Source of the DNA: Prochlorococcus marinus subsp. pastoris str. CCMP1986
GTDB lineage: Bacteria; Cyanobacteriota; Cyanobacteriia; PCC-6307; Cyanobiaceae
Reading direction: 5' to 3'
DNA: 32,000 bases
Assembly (NCBI RefSeq): GCF_000011465.1
Contig: NC_005072.1
Coordinates: forward strand, 1 to 32,000
Shown: positions 10,367 through 19,033 of the stretch, one piece after another
Layout of the letters: the number at the start of each line of letters is the position of its first letter
Numbering within the stretch: the first letter of the stretch is position 1
Position numbers and translations under genes: made by a program
Notes under the pieces: generated by a model
The model's input: the letters and a program-made list of their open reading frames with translations, nothing else
Told to the model about the DNA's origin: nothing
Database searches by the model: none

Positions 10367-11104
10367 TTGGTTGAATCTACTCAAAGTCAAGATTCGAACC
10401 TAGGAACTAGGCTCCAACAAGATTTAAAAAATGATCTGATAGCAGGGTTGTTAGTTGTTATTCCATTGGCAACCACTATTTGGCTTTCTTCTATTGTTAG
10501 TAAATTTGTTCTTACATTAGTTACTTCAGTCCCTAAACAATTAAACCCATTTATTACATTAAATCCTTTATTACAAGATTTAATTAATTTAACCTTAGGT
10601 TTAACAGTACCTTTATTGGCAATTTTGCTAATTGGTTTGATGGCGAGAAATTTTGTTGGAAGGTGGTTGTTAGAATTTGGAGAAGGTACTTTATCAAAGA
10701 TTCCAGTCGCAGGGGCAGTTTATAAAACTCTAAAACAATTACTTGAAACTTTTTTAAGTAATAAATCCAATAGATTTAGAAGAGTTGTTTTAGTAGAGTA
10801 TCCACGAGAGGGTTTATTTAGTGTTGGGTTTGTAACTGGGGATGTTGGCCCATCACTTCAATCAGAATTAGATGAGAAATTATTAAGTGTTTTTATACCT
10901 ACTGCCCCTAACCCAACGACAGGTTGGTATACATTAGTTCCTGAATCGTCTGTTAAAGATCTTGCTATTTCAGTAGAAGATGCATTTAGAACAATAATTT
11001 CGGTAGGTATTGTTAATCCTGATGAAAAAGATAGCTCTTCAAATCCTACTTTTTCGAAATTATTTTCCCAACTAAGAGCTTCTACAAATACTTCATCTAC
11101 TTAA
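10367..11104 (+). CDS. DUF502 family membrane protein
   Basis: 245 aa, TTG start; two hydrophobic helices and GEGTLSKIPVAGAVYKTLKQLLETF, typical of DUF502. Confidence 0.88.
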   Translation: MVESTQSQDSNLGTRLQQDLKNDLIAGLLVVIPLATTIWLSSIVSKFVLTLVTSVPKQLNPFITLNPLLQDLINLTLGLTVPLLAILLIGLMARNFVGRWLLEFGEGTLSKIPVAGAVYKTLKQLLETFLSNKSNRFRRVVLVEYPREGLFSVGFVTGDVGPSLQSELDEKLLSVFIPTAPNPTTGWYTLVPESSVKDLAISVEDAFRTIISVGIVNPDEKDSSSNPTFSKLFSQLRASTNTSST

Positions 11105-11107
11105 TTG

Positions 11108-11734
11108 ATGCATAACAGATCGCTATCACGAGAATTGTCTTTACTTTCATTAGGTCTTATCAAAGATACGGCAGATTTAGAATTAAATAAAATTCAAATT
11201 GATGAAATTTTTGAATCCGCTTTAGATTCTTTAATAAACCACTGTAGAGATGAGTTAGATAATTGTGAAGCAGATTTAGAAAATGTATCGCAACATATTT
11301 TAGATAGTGAATTAAAGGAAGGTAGTAATTCTTCTTTTGCAAATGTTCGAGATGAACTTAAAAAAGCTTTTTATAAAATGGAATCAGTAATGAACTCACT
11401 TTCAGTTACTTTAGATTTTCCAAAATTGATTGTATCAAGTAATCAAATTGACATTAGAGAAGATGTAAATCATAGAATTTTAAGCATAATTAATAATTTA
11501 AAATCTATAGACTCGGAAATTGACGAAGTAATGGATAGATGGAGATTAAAAAGGTTGCCTAGGGTTGATCGTGACATATTACGCTTAGCTTATGTTGATA
11601 TTCATTTTTTAGACACTCCTGTAGCAGTTGCATGTGATGAGGCCGTTAATTTAGCAAACAAATATTGTGATACACAAGGTAGAAAAATGATAAACGGGGT
11701 TTTAAGGAGATTGCAAAGAGTTAAGGTGAATTAA
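11108..11734 (+). CDS. nusB: Transcription antitermination factor NusB
   Basis: C-terminal RVDRDILRLAYVDI...PVAVACDEAVNLANKY..RKMINGVLRRL; ATG at 11108 preferred over the TTG at 11105. Confidence 0.92.
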   Translation: MHNRSLSRELSLLSLGLIKDTADLELNKIQIDEIFESALDSLINHCRDELDNCEADLENVSQHILDSELKEGSNSSFANVRDELKKAFYKMESVMNSLSVTLDFPKLIVSSNQIDIREDVNHRILSIINNLKSIDSEIDEVMDRWRLKRLPRVDRDILRLAYVDIHFLDTPVAVACDEAVNLANKYCDTQGRKMINGVLRRLQRVKVN

Positions 11735-11792
11735 TTATTTGATATAAATCAATAATTTTTTATAATTTAATAAAATACGATAAAAAATATTT

Positions 11793-13115
11793 ATGACTAA
11801 TAATGAATCTGATAGTTCTCTTGAATGGGCTTCACAAGCTTATGCTTTGTTAAAACAAAAACAAGAATTAAAAAAACAAGAAGATCAACTTAAAGCAGAA
11901 GAACTAAAAGCAGAGCAATTAAAGGTAGAAGAACTAAAAGCAGAGCAATTAAAGGCAGAAGAACTAAAAGCAGAGCAATTAAAGGCAGAAGAACTAAAAG
12001 CAGAGCAATTAAAGGCAGAAGAACTAAAAGCAGAGCAATTAAAGGTAGAAGTTAATAAACAGAATTTTTCTAATTTGCAAGATGATACAGAAGTTAAATT
12101 AGGAGATTTTGATGATGATTTTACTTGGTCAGCAATGGTGTTGGCTGCGCAGGGTAAAAAAGTAAATGAAATATCAATTGATGAAATAGATTGGTTGAGT
12201 AAATTACGAAGAGGATTAGAAGAAACAAGAAAAGGTTTTGTATCAGAATTATTAGATAAATTAGGAGATGATCCACTTACACCAGAATCTTTAGATGATT
12301 TAGAGACATTATTAATAAGAGCTGATGTTGGTATTGACTCAACAGATAAAGTAATTAATGCACTTAGGAAAAAATTAAATGAAGAAGTTGTTGGAGGAGA
12401 AGAAGGAATAAAATTTTTAAAAGATGAATTACGAGCAATCATTGAAAAACCAATAAAAAATTCTGGAACAAATATTCTTGTTCCACAGAAAGGGAAGTTG
12501 AATGTTTGGCTAATAGTGGGAGTAAATGGAGTTGGCAAAACAACAACTTTGGGGAAACTTGCTTATTTGTCATCAAAAAGTAACTATAAAACTTTAATAG
12601 CAGCAGCTGATACTTTCAGAGCAGCAGCCGTAGAACAATTACAGGTATGGGGTGATAGAAGTAAAGTAGATGTTATTTCGAATCAATCAAAGAATGCAGA
12701 TCCAGCAGCCGTAGTTTTTGATGCTATTAACGCAGCAAACAAACGCAAAAGCGACCTATTACTCGTAGATACTGCAGGAAGGCTACAAAATAAAAATAAT
12801 CTTATGGATGAATTATCAAAAATAAAAAAAATTATTGACAAAAAAGTCCCTGATGCAATCATTGAGTCTTTATTAGTTTTAGATGCTAGTCAAGGACAAA
12901 ATGGATTAAAGCAGGCAAAAAGTTTTGCAAAATCTGCAAATTTAAGTGGTGCAATTATTACTAAATTAGATGGTACTTCAAGAGGTGGCGTTTCTCTGGC
13001 TGTTTCTGCAGAAGTCAATCTGCCGATAAGATTTATCGGCGCTGGAGAGGGTATTAAAGATTTAAGACCATTTAATAGCTTTGAGTTTGTTGAGGCTTTG
13101 CTTGCTGATAGATAA
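11793..13115 (+). CDS. ftsY: Signal recognition particle receptor FtsY with repetitive acidic N-terminal extension
   Basis: 440 aa; GVNGVGKTTTLGKLAYL, AADTFRAAAVEQL, LLVDTAGRLQ, TKLDGTSRGG. Confidence 0.96.
   Translation: MTNNESDSSLEWASQAYALLKQKQELKKQEDQLKAEELKAEQLKVEELKAEQLKAEELKAEQLKAEELKAEQLKAEELKAEQLKVEVNKQNFSNLQDDTEVKLGDFDDDFTWSAMVLAAQGKKVNEISIDEIDWLSKLRRGLEETRKGFVSELLDKLGDDPLTPESLDDLETLLIRADVGIDSTDKVINALRKKLNEEVVGGEEGIKFLKDELRAIIEKPIKNSGTNILVPQKGKLNVWLIVGVNGVGKTTTLGKLAYLSSKSNYKTLIAAADTFRAAAVEQLQVWGDRSKVDVISNQSKNADPAAVVFDAINAANKRKSDLLLVDTAGRLQNKNNLMDELSKIKKIIDKKVPDAIIESLLVLDASQGQNGLKQAKSFAKSANLSGAIITKLDGTSRGGVSLAVSAEVNLPIRFIGAGEGIKDLRPFNSFEFVEALLADR
11895..12044 (+). repeat. Tandem repeat, 30 bp x 5, coding AEELKAEQLK
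   Basis: Unit GCAGAAGAACTAAAAGCAGAGCAATTAAAG; copies identical except c->t at position 2 of copy 2 (A->V); a sixth unit starts GTAGAAGTT then diverges. Confidence 0.97.
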
Positions 13116-13135
13116 AAATTTAATTAATTTTTTTT
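13114..13135 (+). terminator. Weak terminator-like element after ftsY (AAAAATT-TAATT-AATTTTTTTTTT)
   Basis: 7-bp all-A/T stem running into a T-run, overlapping the ftsY stop; low stability. Confidence 0.3.
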
Positions 13136-13182
13136 AAAAAGGTATTTTTAGTGTTAAAACATACCTATGGCTTCTATGTGTT

Positions 13183-14526
13183 TTGTCTAAAATCCAAAAA
13201 GAAAAATTATTGTCTAATGACGTTATTCAAGAATTTTTAGAGAAGGATTATAAATTTCCTCTTCATGAGAATGATAAATTTATAGAAACAGCATCTTCAT
13301 TATCCTATTATTTAAAATCTTTTTCAAATATAAAAAGATTTCTTGATTATATTTCTTTAATTTTAAAACATACTTTTAATAATCAATTAAGTTTTATTAT
13401 TCCTTTGAATGAAAATGGAGAAATATGGAAACAAAATATTAAGTTTGCTGGTGCAACAAAAAATCTAAAAATGGATGATGAGATTAAAAGTTATTTTAAC
13501 AATTTTGATTTCTCTAAAAATTTTAAATTAAAAGATGATATTTCTTTTGAAAAAGTTTTAAATAATCAATTTAAAGAATATGTAATTAAGTCTTATAAAG
13601 TTTTGTCACGAGGAAAATGTAGAGGATTTGTATATACCTTTAAAAAAGATACTTTCAATGATTCTTTAAAATATGAGCGCAATTTAAACTTTATTATTAG
13701 TTGTTTGGCAATTGGTTTAGAAAACTATTCGTTAATTAAAGCAAAAAAGAAGCATGAAAACGTAGATAGAGAAATTTCTATTGGAGCAGAAATCCAATCG
13801 CAACTTTTACCCGATTATTGTCCAACCATTAATGGTGTAGATTTAGCTGCGCACTGTAGGCCAGCTCTGCAATTAGGAGGAGATTATTATGATTTCATGT
13901 CTTTGAAAACAAATATTTCTGAGAAGAGACGCGAAAAAGCAAGGTGGGCTTTAGTTATTGGAGACGTTATGGGGAAGGGCCTTCCAGCAGGTCTCTTTAT
14001 GACTATGTTAAGAGGAATGCTAAGAGCAGAGGTTTTGACTGGGTTACCTCCAGATAGAATATTGCATGATTTAAATCAGTTAGCTATTTATGATTTAGAT
14101 CAATCGCATAGATTTATAACTTTATTTTATTCTGATTATGATCCTAGAACAAAAAAATTAAGGTATGCAAATGCTGCACATAATCCTCCTTTGCTTTGGA
14201 AAAGTTCTGAGCAAAAAATTATTAAATTAGATTCAGAAGGTTTTGTTCTTGGTTTGCAAAATGATGCTGAATATCAATGTGGTCAAATACAACTTAATAA
14301 AAACGATGCAATTCTTTATTATACAGATGGAGTAACTGACACTTCTAATGCTTTAGGCGAAAGATTTGATGAAGAACGTTTAATTCAATCCTTTTCAAAA
14401 TTATGTCAGCAATCACTTAAATCTAAAGATATTTTAAATAAGATTTATAAGATATTAGATGAGTTTACTGGTAAAAATAGACAATTGGAAGACGATGCTT
14501 CTATCGTAGTCTTTCAGTTAGATTAG
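13183..14526 (+). CDS. PP2C-type serine phosphatase with SpoIIE/RsbU-like catalytic domain and divergent GAF-like N-terminus
   Basis: 447 aa; LQLGGDYYDF, ALVIGDVMGKGLPAGLFMTMLRGMLRA, ANAAHNPPLLW, ILYYTDGVTDTSNALGERF. Confidence 0.92.
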   Translation: MSKIQKEKLLSNDVIQEFLEKDYKFPLHENDKFIETASSLSYYLKSFSNIKRFLDYISLILKHTFNNQLSFIIPLNENGEIWKQNIKFAGATKNLKMDDEIKSYFNNFDFSKNFKLKDDISFEKVLNNQFKEYVIKSYKVLSRGKCRGFVYTFKKDTFNDSLKYERNLNFIISCLAIGLENYSLIKAKKKHENVDREISIGAEIQSQLLPDYCPTINGVDLAAHCRPALQLGGDYYDFMSLKTNISEKRREKARWALVIGDVMGKGLPAGLFMTMLRGMLRAEVLTGLPPDRILHDLNQLAIYDLDQSHRFITLFYSDYDPRTKKLRYANAAHNPPLLWKSSEQKIIKLDSEGFVLGLQNDAEYQCGQIQLNKNDAILYYTDGVTDTSNALGERFDEERLIQSFSKLCQQSLKSKDILNKIYKILDEFTGKNRQLEDDASIVVFQLD

Positions 14527-14584
14527 ATTTTTTGTCACATATATAAAATAATGCTTTATTAGAAGTAATTAACGTTTAATTCAT

Positions 14585-15964
14585 ATGTCCAAAGTTTGGA
14601 GTAATAGGTTTGATGGTAGTCTGAATCCTTTCATTGAAGAGTTTAATGCTTCAATCAGTTTTGACAAAACACTAATTTTAGAAGACATAGAGTGTTCTAT
14701 AGCTCATGCCAAAATGCTTAGTAAAACCAAGGTTTTGTCCACTGATGAGTCTTTAAAAATTATCGAGGGTTTAGAAACTATAAAAGAAAAATTTATTGAA
14801 GGCAAATTTTGCCCCGGGGCTCCATCGGAGGATATACATTATTGCATTGAAGAAAAACTAATTAATTTAATTGGTGAAACTGGAAAAAAATTACATACAG
14901 GTAGAAGTAGAAATGATCAGGTTGGAACAGATATCAGATTATGGTTGAGAAAAAAAATTGATAATATTGATATCTTATTGTACGAATTACAAAATTCTTT
15001 ATTTTCGATTGCCGAATCAAATATTTATACATTAATACCTGGTTATACCCATATGCAAAGAGCGCAACCTCTATCTCTTGCCCATCATCTTTTGGCGTAT
15101 CTTGAAATGTTTCAAAGAGACCGTGAAAGGCTTAAAGAAGTTAGAGCTAGGGTTAATATTTCGCCCTTAGGCGCAGCAGCTTTAGCGGGGACTAAAATTA
15201 AAATAGATAGATATTTTACTGCTGAAGAATTAGGTTTTGGAAATATTTATAAAAATAGTATTGATGCTGTAAGTGACAGAGATTTTTGTATTGAATTTGC
15301 TTCAAGTTCTGCTTTAATAATGTCTCATTTGAGTAGAATTTCCGAAGAAATAATCTTGTGGGTTACTGATGAGTTTTCTTTTGCAAAATTAACTGATAAG
15401 TGTGCGACTGGAAGTAGCTTAATGCCTCAGAAGAAGAATCCAGATGTTCCTGAATTAATAAGGGGTAAAACGGGTCGAGTTTATGGACATCTTCAATCTT
15501 TATTAACCATGATAAAGGGAGTGCCTCTTTCATATAATAAGGACTTCCAAGAGGATAAAGAGCCAATTTTTGACACAGTAGATACTATTTCTTCTTGCTT
15601 AAAAGCTATGACAATTTTATTAAATGAAGGAATAGAGTTTAATGTTGAAAAGTTAATGGATTCTGTTCATAATGATTTTTCTAATGCAACTGATTTAGCA
15701 GATTATCTAGTATTTAAGAAGGTTCCTTTCAGAGAGGCATATCAAGTGGTTGGAGATATTGTGAAGTATTGTTTAAGTAAAAACATATTATTTAAAGATT
15801 TACAATTAGAAGAATTTCAAACATTTCATAATGAATTTAAAGAAGATATTTATGAAAACCTCAATCCTATGAACGTAGTCAAGTCCAGAAATAGTTTAGG
15901 TGGAACAGGATTCGATCAAGTCAAACTTGAATTAAATAATTGGAAGAAAAAATTATTCACCTAA
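14585..15964 (+). CDS. argH: Argininosuccinate lyase
   Basis: 459 aa; signature [23 protein letters not shown]; [12 protein letters not shown]. Confidence 0.97.
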   Translation: MSKVWSNRFDGSLNPFIEEFNASISFDKTLILEDIECSIAHAKMLSKTKVLSTDESLKIIEGLETIKEKFIEGKFCPGAPSEDIHYCIEEKLINLIGETGKKLHTGRSRNDQVGTDIRLWLRKKIDNIDILLYELQNSLFSIAESNIYTLIPGYTHMQRAQPLSLAHHLLAYLEMFQRDRERLKEVRARVNISPLGAAALAGTKIKIDRYFTAEELGFGNIYKNSIDAVSDRDFCIEFASSSALIMSHLSRISEEIILWVTDEFSFAKLTDKCATGSSLMPQKKNPDVPELIRGKTGRVYGHLQSLLTMIKGVPLSYNKDFQEDKEPIFDTVDTISSCLKAMTILLNEGIEFNVEKLMDSVHNDFSNATDLADYLVFKKVPFREAYQVVGDIVKYCLSKNILFKDLQLEEFQTFHNEFKEDIYENLNPMNVVKSRNSLGGTGFDQVKLELNNWKKKLFT

Positions 15965-16026
15965 ATCTCAATTAATTTTCTACAACAAGGTATGTATTGA
16001 AGTAGAATAATATAGTAATGTATATG

Positions 16027-16050
16027 AACTACTTAATTAGTAGTTTTTAT
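16027..16050 (+). terminator. Hairpin AACTACT-TAATT-AGTAGTT followed by TTTAT; argH terminator or leader element of the RRM gene
   Basis: Perfect 7-bp arms (16027-16033 and 16039-16045) followed by a short T-run, 36 nt before the GTG at 16081. Confidence 0.4.
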
Positions 16051-16080
16051 CTTGGTTATTATTTTAAAGTTGAGTTTCAA

Positions 16081-16683
16081 GTGAGTATTTTTGTTGGCAA
16101 TTTGCCTTTCCGCGCAGAGCGAGAAGACATCTTAGAATTATTTACACCGTACGGTGAAGTTATGAATTGTTCTCTTCCCTTAGAAAGAGATACAGGTAGA
16201 AAAAGAGGTTTTGCTTTTGTCGAAATGGCAGATGAAGCACTTGAAACATCAGCTATTGATGGGCTTCAAGGAACTGAGCTTATGGGAAGGCCTTTAAGAA
16301 TCAATAAAGCCGAGCCAAGAGGCGGCGGGGGAGGTCCACGCAGAGGCGGCGGTGGCGGTAGAGGCGGTTACGGCGGTGGCGGTAATGGTGGCGGTTACGG
16401 CGGTGGCGGTAATGGTGGCGGTTACGGCGGTGGCGGTAATGGTGGCGGTTACGGCGGTGGCGGTAATGGTGGCGGTTACGGCGGTGGCGGTAGAGGCGGT
16501 TACGGCGGTGGCGGTAATTATTCTGAACCTGCTTCTTCTTACGTTAATAAATCTTCTGGAGCAGAAGGTTGGGAAGATAGAAGTTATGGAAATTCTTCCG
16601 AAAATTCTGACTTTGAAAACGGCAGAAGTAGAAGAAAAAGAAGTGTTGCAAGCAATTCTGAAATATCTCAAGAAGGGAATTAA
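16081..16683 (+). CDS. RNA-binding protein: single N-terminal RRM plus glycine-rich tail
   Basis: GTG start preferred (VSIFVGNLPFRAEREDILELFTPYGEV); RNP1 KRGFAFVEM; upstream residues of the 16018 ORF look non-coding. Confidence 0.9.
   Translation: MSIFVGNLPFRAEREDILELFTPYGEVMNCSLPLERDTGRKRGFAFVEMADEALETSAIDGLQGTELMGRPLRINKAEPRGGGGGPRRGGGGGRGGYGGGGNGGGYGGGGNGGGYGGGGNGGGYGGGGNGGGYGGGGRGGYGGGGNYSEPASSYVNKSSGAEGWEDRSYGNSSENSDFENGRSRRKRSVASNSEISQEGN
16363..16518 (+). repeat. GC-rich tandem repeat, 27-bp unit coding GGYGGGGNG, four exact copies plus two degenerate copies
   Basis: Unit GGCGGTTACGGCGGTGGCGGTAATGGT exact at 16363, 16390, 16417 and 16444; degenerate copies (AGA variant, then shortened) to 16518. 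Confidence 0.96.
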
Positions 16684-17684
16684 AAACCCATTTTTTGTAA
16701 TTCTGAAGCTTTTTTGCTTAAGTAATCAATACTTAATTCTTGTCTAATCGATTTGGTAGAAATTTCATTTCTCCAAACCTTTGCGTTTGGGATACCTTCT
16801 ACAAGATTTATTAAATGTTTGCATATATCCCAAGTTTTGCCTTCATTTTTTAAATGTTTTTCAATATAAGGAACCAATGAAAAAATGATTTCGGAAGCTT
16901 TTTTGCTTTTGGTACTTTCACCATATATTTTTTGATCAATTTCAGACCACCTTAATGGATATTTGTAAGCTGATCTTCCTATCATTACACCATCTAAATC
17001 ATTAAGTGCTTCTATGCATTGATCAATATTCGTAAAACCTCCATTTATTTCTATAATTAGTTTTGGATTGTTTTTCTTTAATTTCCGAACCACATCATAT
17101 TTAAGTGGCGGTATGGTTCTATTTTGCTTGGGATTTAGACCTTTTAATATTGCTTTTCTTGCATGAACAGTAAATCTGTCTGCTCCAGCATTTGCAATTT
17201 CTTTTACGAAACTATCTAATTTATCAAAACTATCTTCTTCATCAACGCCAATTCTATGTTTGATAGTAACGGGTAAACTACAATTATTTTTTAGCGATTC
17301 TATACATTTTGCTACTTTGATGGGTTCTTTCATTAGTGAAGCACCAAAGTTTCCGGAACATACTCTTGGGCTTGGACATCCCACATTGAAGTTAATTTCA
17401 TCGTATCCCCAATCTTGAGCCATTTTTGCAGCCTCTTCAAGCATTTTTGGGTTGTCTCCTCCAAACTGAATTGATAATGGATGTTCTTCTGAATTAAAGT
17501 CCAAAAACCTCTCTTTTTTGTCTGTATAGATTAAACTCTGAGCTACTATCATTTCAGTATATAAGAGCGCTTTAGAACTTATTTTTCTAATTATCATCCT
17601 AAAGTGTTTGTCTGTACAATCCATCATTGGAGCAACACTTATTTTATGTAGATTGTTTATAGTATTAATCTGATAACTTTTCAT
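16680..17684 (-). CDS. dusA: tRNA-dihydrouridine synthase, DusA-like
   Basis: 334 aa; SVAPMMDCTDKHFRMI, NVGCPSPRVCSGNFGASLM, INGGFTNIDQ. Confidence 0.92.
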   Translation of the reverse strand: MKSYQINTINNLHKISVAPMMDCTDKHFRMIIRKISSKALLYTEMIVAQSLIYTDKKERFLDFNSEEHPLSIQFGGDNPKMLEEAAKMAQDWGYDEINFNVGCPSPRVCSGNFGASLMKEPIKVAKCIESLKNNCSLPVTIKHRIGVDEEDSFDKLDSFVKEIANAGADRFTVHARKAILKGLNPKQNRTIPPLKYDVVRKLKKNNPKLIIEINGGFTNIDQCIEALNDLDGVMIGRSAYKYPLRWSEIDQKIYGESTKSKKASEIIFSLVPYIEKHLKNEGKTWDICKHLINLVEGIPNAKVWRNEISTKSIRQELSIDYLSKKASELQKMGF

Positions 17685-17711
17685 TAAATTCTATTCGATA
17701 TATTTGAAAAT

Positions 17712-18206
17712 ATGAATCAATTTTTTTCTAGAAGATCTTTTATTTTAATTCCTATCATGTCAATTTTGAAATTTATTCTTCAACCAAAGAAAGTATTAGC
17801 TGCATTTGCTGCTTCGGATGACGACTGGAATTTATCAAAAGAGGATTGGAAAAACAAACTTAGTCCGGAATCTTATTATATTTTGCGTGAAGAGGGTACT
17901 GAAAGAGCATTTAGTAGTCAGCTAAACAATGAGAAGCGGAAAGGTATATTTTATTGTGCAGGCTGTAATCAACCTCTTTTTACTTCTGATACTAAATTTG
18001 ATAGTGGTACTGGTTGGCCTAGCTTTTGGGATCCAATTCAAGGTTCTGTTGAAACGAAGGTAGATTTTAAATTAATTGTTCCAAGAACAGAATATCATTG
18101 TTCAAGATGCGGAGGTCATCAAGGTCATGTTTTTAATGACGGTCCTCTCCCAACAGGTAAAAGATATTGTAATAACGGTCTTGCCTTGAAGTTTATAGCC
18201 GAATAA
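17712..18206 (+). CDS. msrB: Peptide-methionine (R)-S-oxide reductase with N-terminal export-like signal
   Basis: 164 aa; FDSGTGWPSFWDPI, YHCSRCGGHQGHVFNDGP, RYCNNG, two CxxC pairs; leader NQFFSRRSFILIPIMSIL...VLAAFA. Confidence 0.93.
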   Translation: MNQFFSRRSFILIPIMSILKFILQPKKVLAAFAASDDDWNLSKEDWKNKLSPESYYILREEGTERAFSSQLNNEKRKGIFYCAGCNQPLFTSDTKFDSGTGWPSFWDPIQGSVETKVDFKLIVPRTEYHCSRCGGHQGHVFNDGPLPTGKRYCNNGLALKFIAE

Positions 18207-18214
18207 TTAATTAG

Positions 18215-18236
18215 TGCGGCCTTCCGCAACTTGTTT
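18215..18236 (+). terminator. Candidate intrinsic terminator after msrB: TGCGG-CCTT-CCGCA then ACTTGTTTTG
   Basis: 5-bp G/C-rich stem, 4-nt loop, interrupted T-tract; stands out in AT-rich sequence. Confidence 0.4.
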
Positions 18237-18282
18237 TGTGCGTCAATTTCATTCACAATGGTTTTAATAAAAATTTAGGGTA

Positions 18283-19002
18283 ATGATTGAAAAACAATCA
18301 GATAATGTCGAAAATCTAGAAGATAATGTTTCTCAAGAGGTTAATAAAAATGAAGATTCCTCTGTGATTGAAAATCAAACCAGCGAAGATAAACAGACAC
18401 TAGAGGTAGATGATGAAAATATTTATGCAGAAGATTTAAAAAATACCATAACCAATAATGACGCAAGATTAGAACAATTAGAAAAAGAGCATGAAACTTT
18501 AAAAAGTCAGTATGTAAGAATTGCTGCCGATTTCGATAACTTTAGAAAAAGACAGTCTCGAGATCAAGATGATTTAAAAGTTCAACTTGTTTCCAAAGCT
18601 TTAACAGCAATATTGCCGATTGTTGATAATTTTGAAAGAGCAAGACAACAACTAAAACCCGAAAGTGAGGAGGCTCAAACATTGCACAGAAGTTATCAAG
18701 GACTATATAAACAATTAGTGGAAGTGTTAAAACAACAAGGAGTTTCTCCAATGAGGGTAGTTGCACAACAATTTGATCCTAAGTTACATGAAGCGGTTTT
18801 AAGGGAACCAAGTCAGGAGTTTAATGAGGATATAATTATTGAAGAATTACAGCGTGGATATCATTTAGAAGGTAAGGTGTTAAGACATGCATTAGTTAAA
18901 GTTTCAATGGGTCCTGGCCAACAAAATTCACAAGAGCCTGAAGAAAAGGATAAAGTTGAAGAAGATATTGATTCAGAGAATCCTATCTCTGAAGAAAATT
19001 AA
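18283..19002 (+). CDS. grpE: Nucleotide exchange factor GrpE
   Basis: 239 aa; [28 protein letters not shown], coiled-coil N-terminus. Confidence 0.95.
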
Positions 19003-19033
19003 ATCCTTTTTATGAATAGTTGAGTATTATTTA

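Noticed and set aside
11885-12538. 217-aa antisense ORF within ftsY (SAFNCSAFSSS repeats)
   Set aside because: It is the reverse-strand reading of the 30-bp ftsY repeat, held open because the unit is a multiple of 3; no recognisable domain.
16018-16080. N-terminal extension of the RRM protein (MYMNYLISSFYLGYYFKVEFQ)
   Set aside because: The RRM starts immediately at VSIFVGNLPF from the GTG at 16081, and the upstream region contains the hairpin.
16363-16518. Possible CRISPR array
   Set aside because: Direct tandem repeat with no spacers, inside a coding frame; no cas genes nearby.
16294-16671. 125-aa antisense ORF in the RRM gene (TATITATAV repeats)
   Set aside because: By-product of the 27-bp GC-rich repeat; low complexity with no plausible start context.
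16352-16747. 131-aa shifted-frame ORF (VAVTAVAVM repeats)
   Set aside because: Alternative-frame reading of the same repeat; the RRM-fused Gly-rich frame is the clear coding frame.
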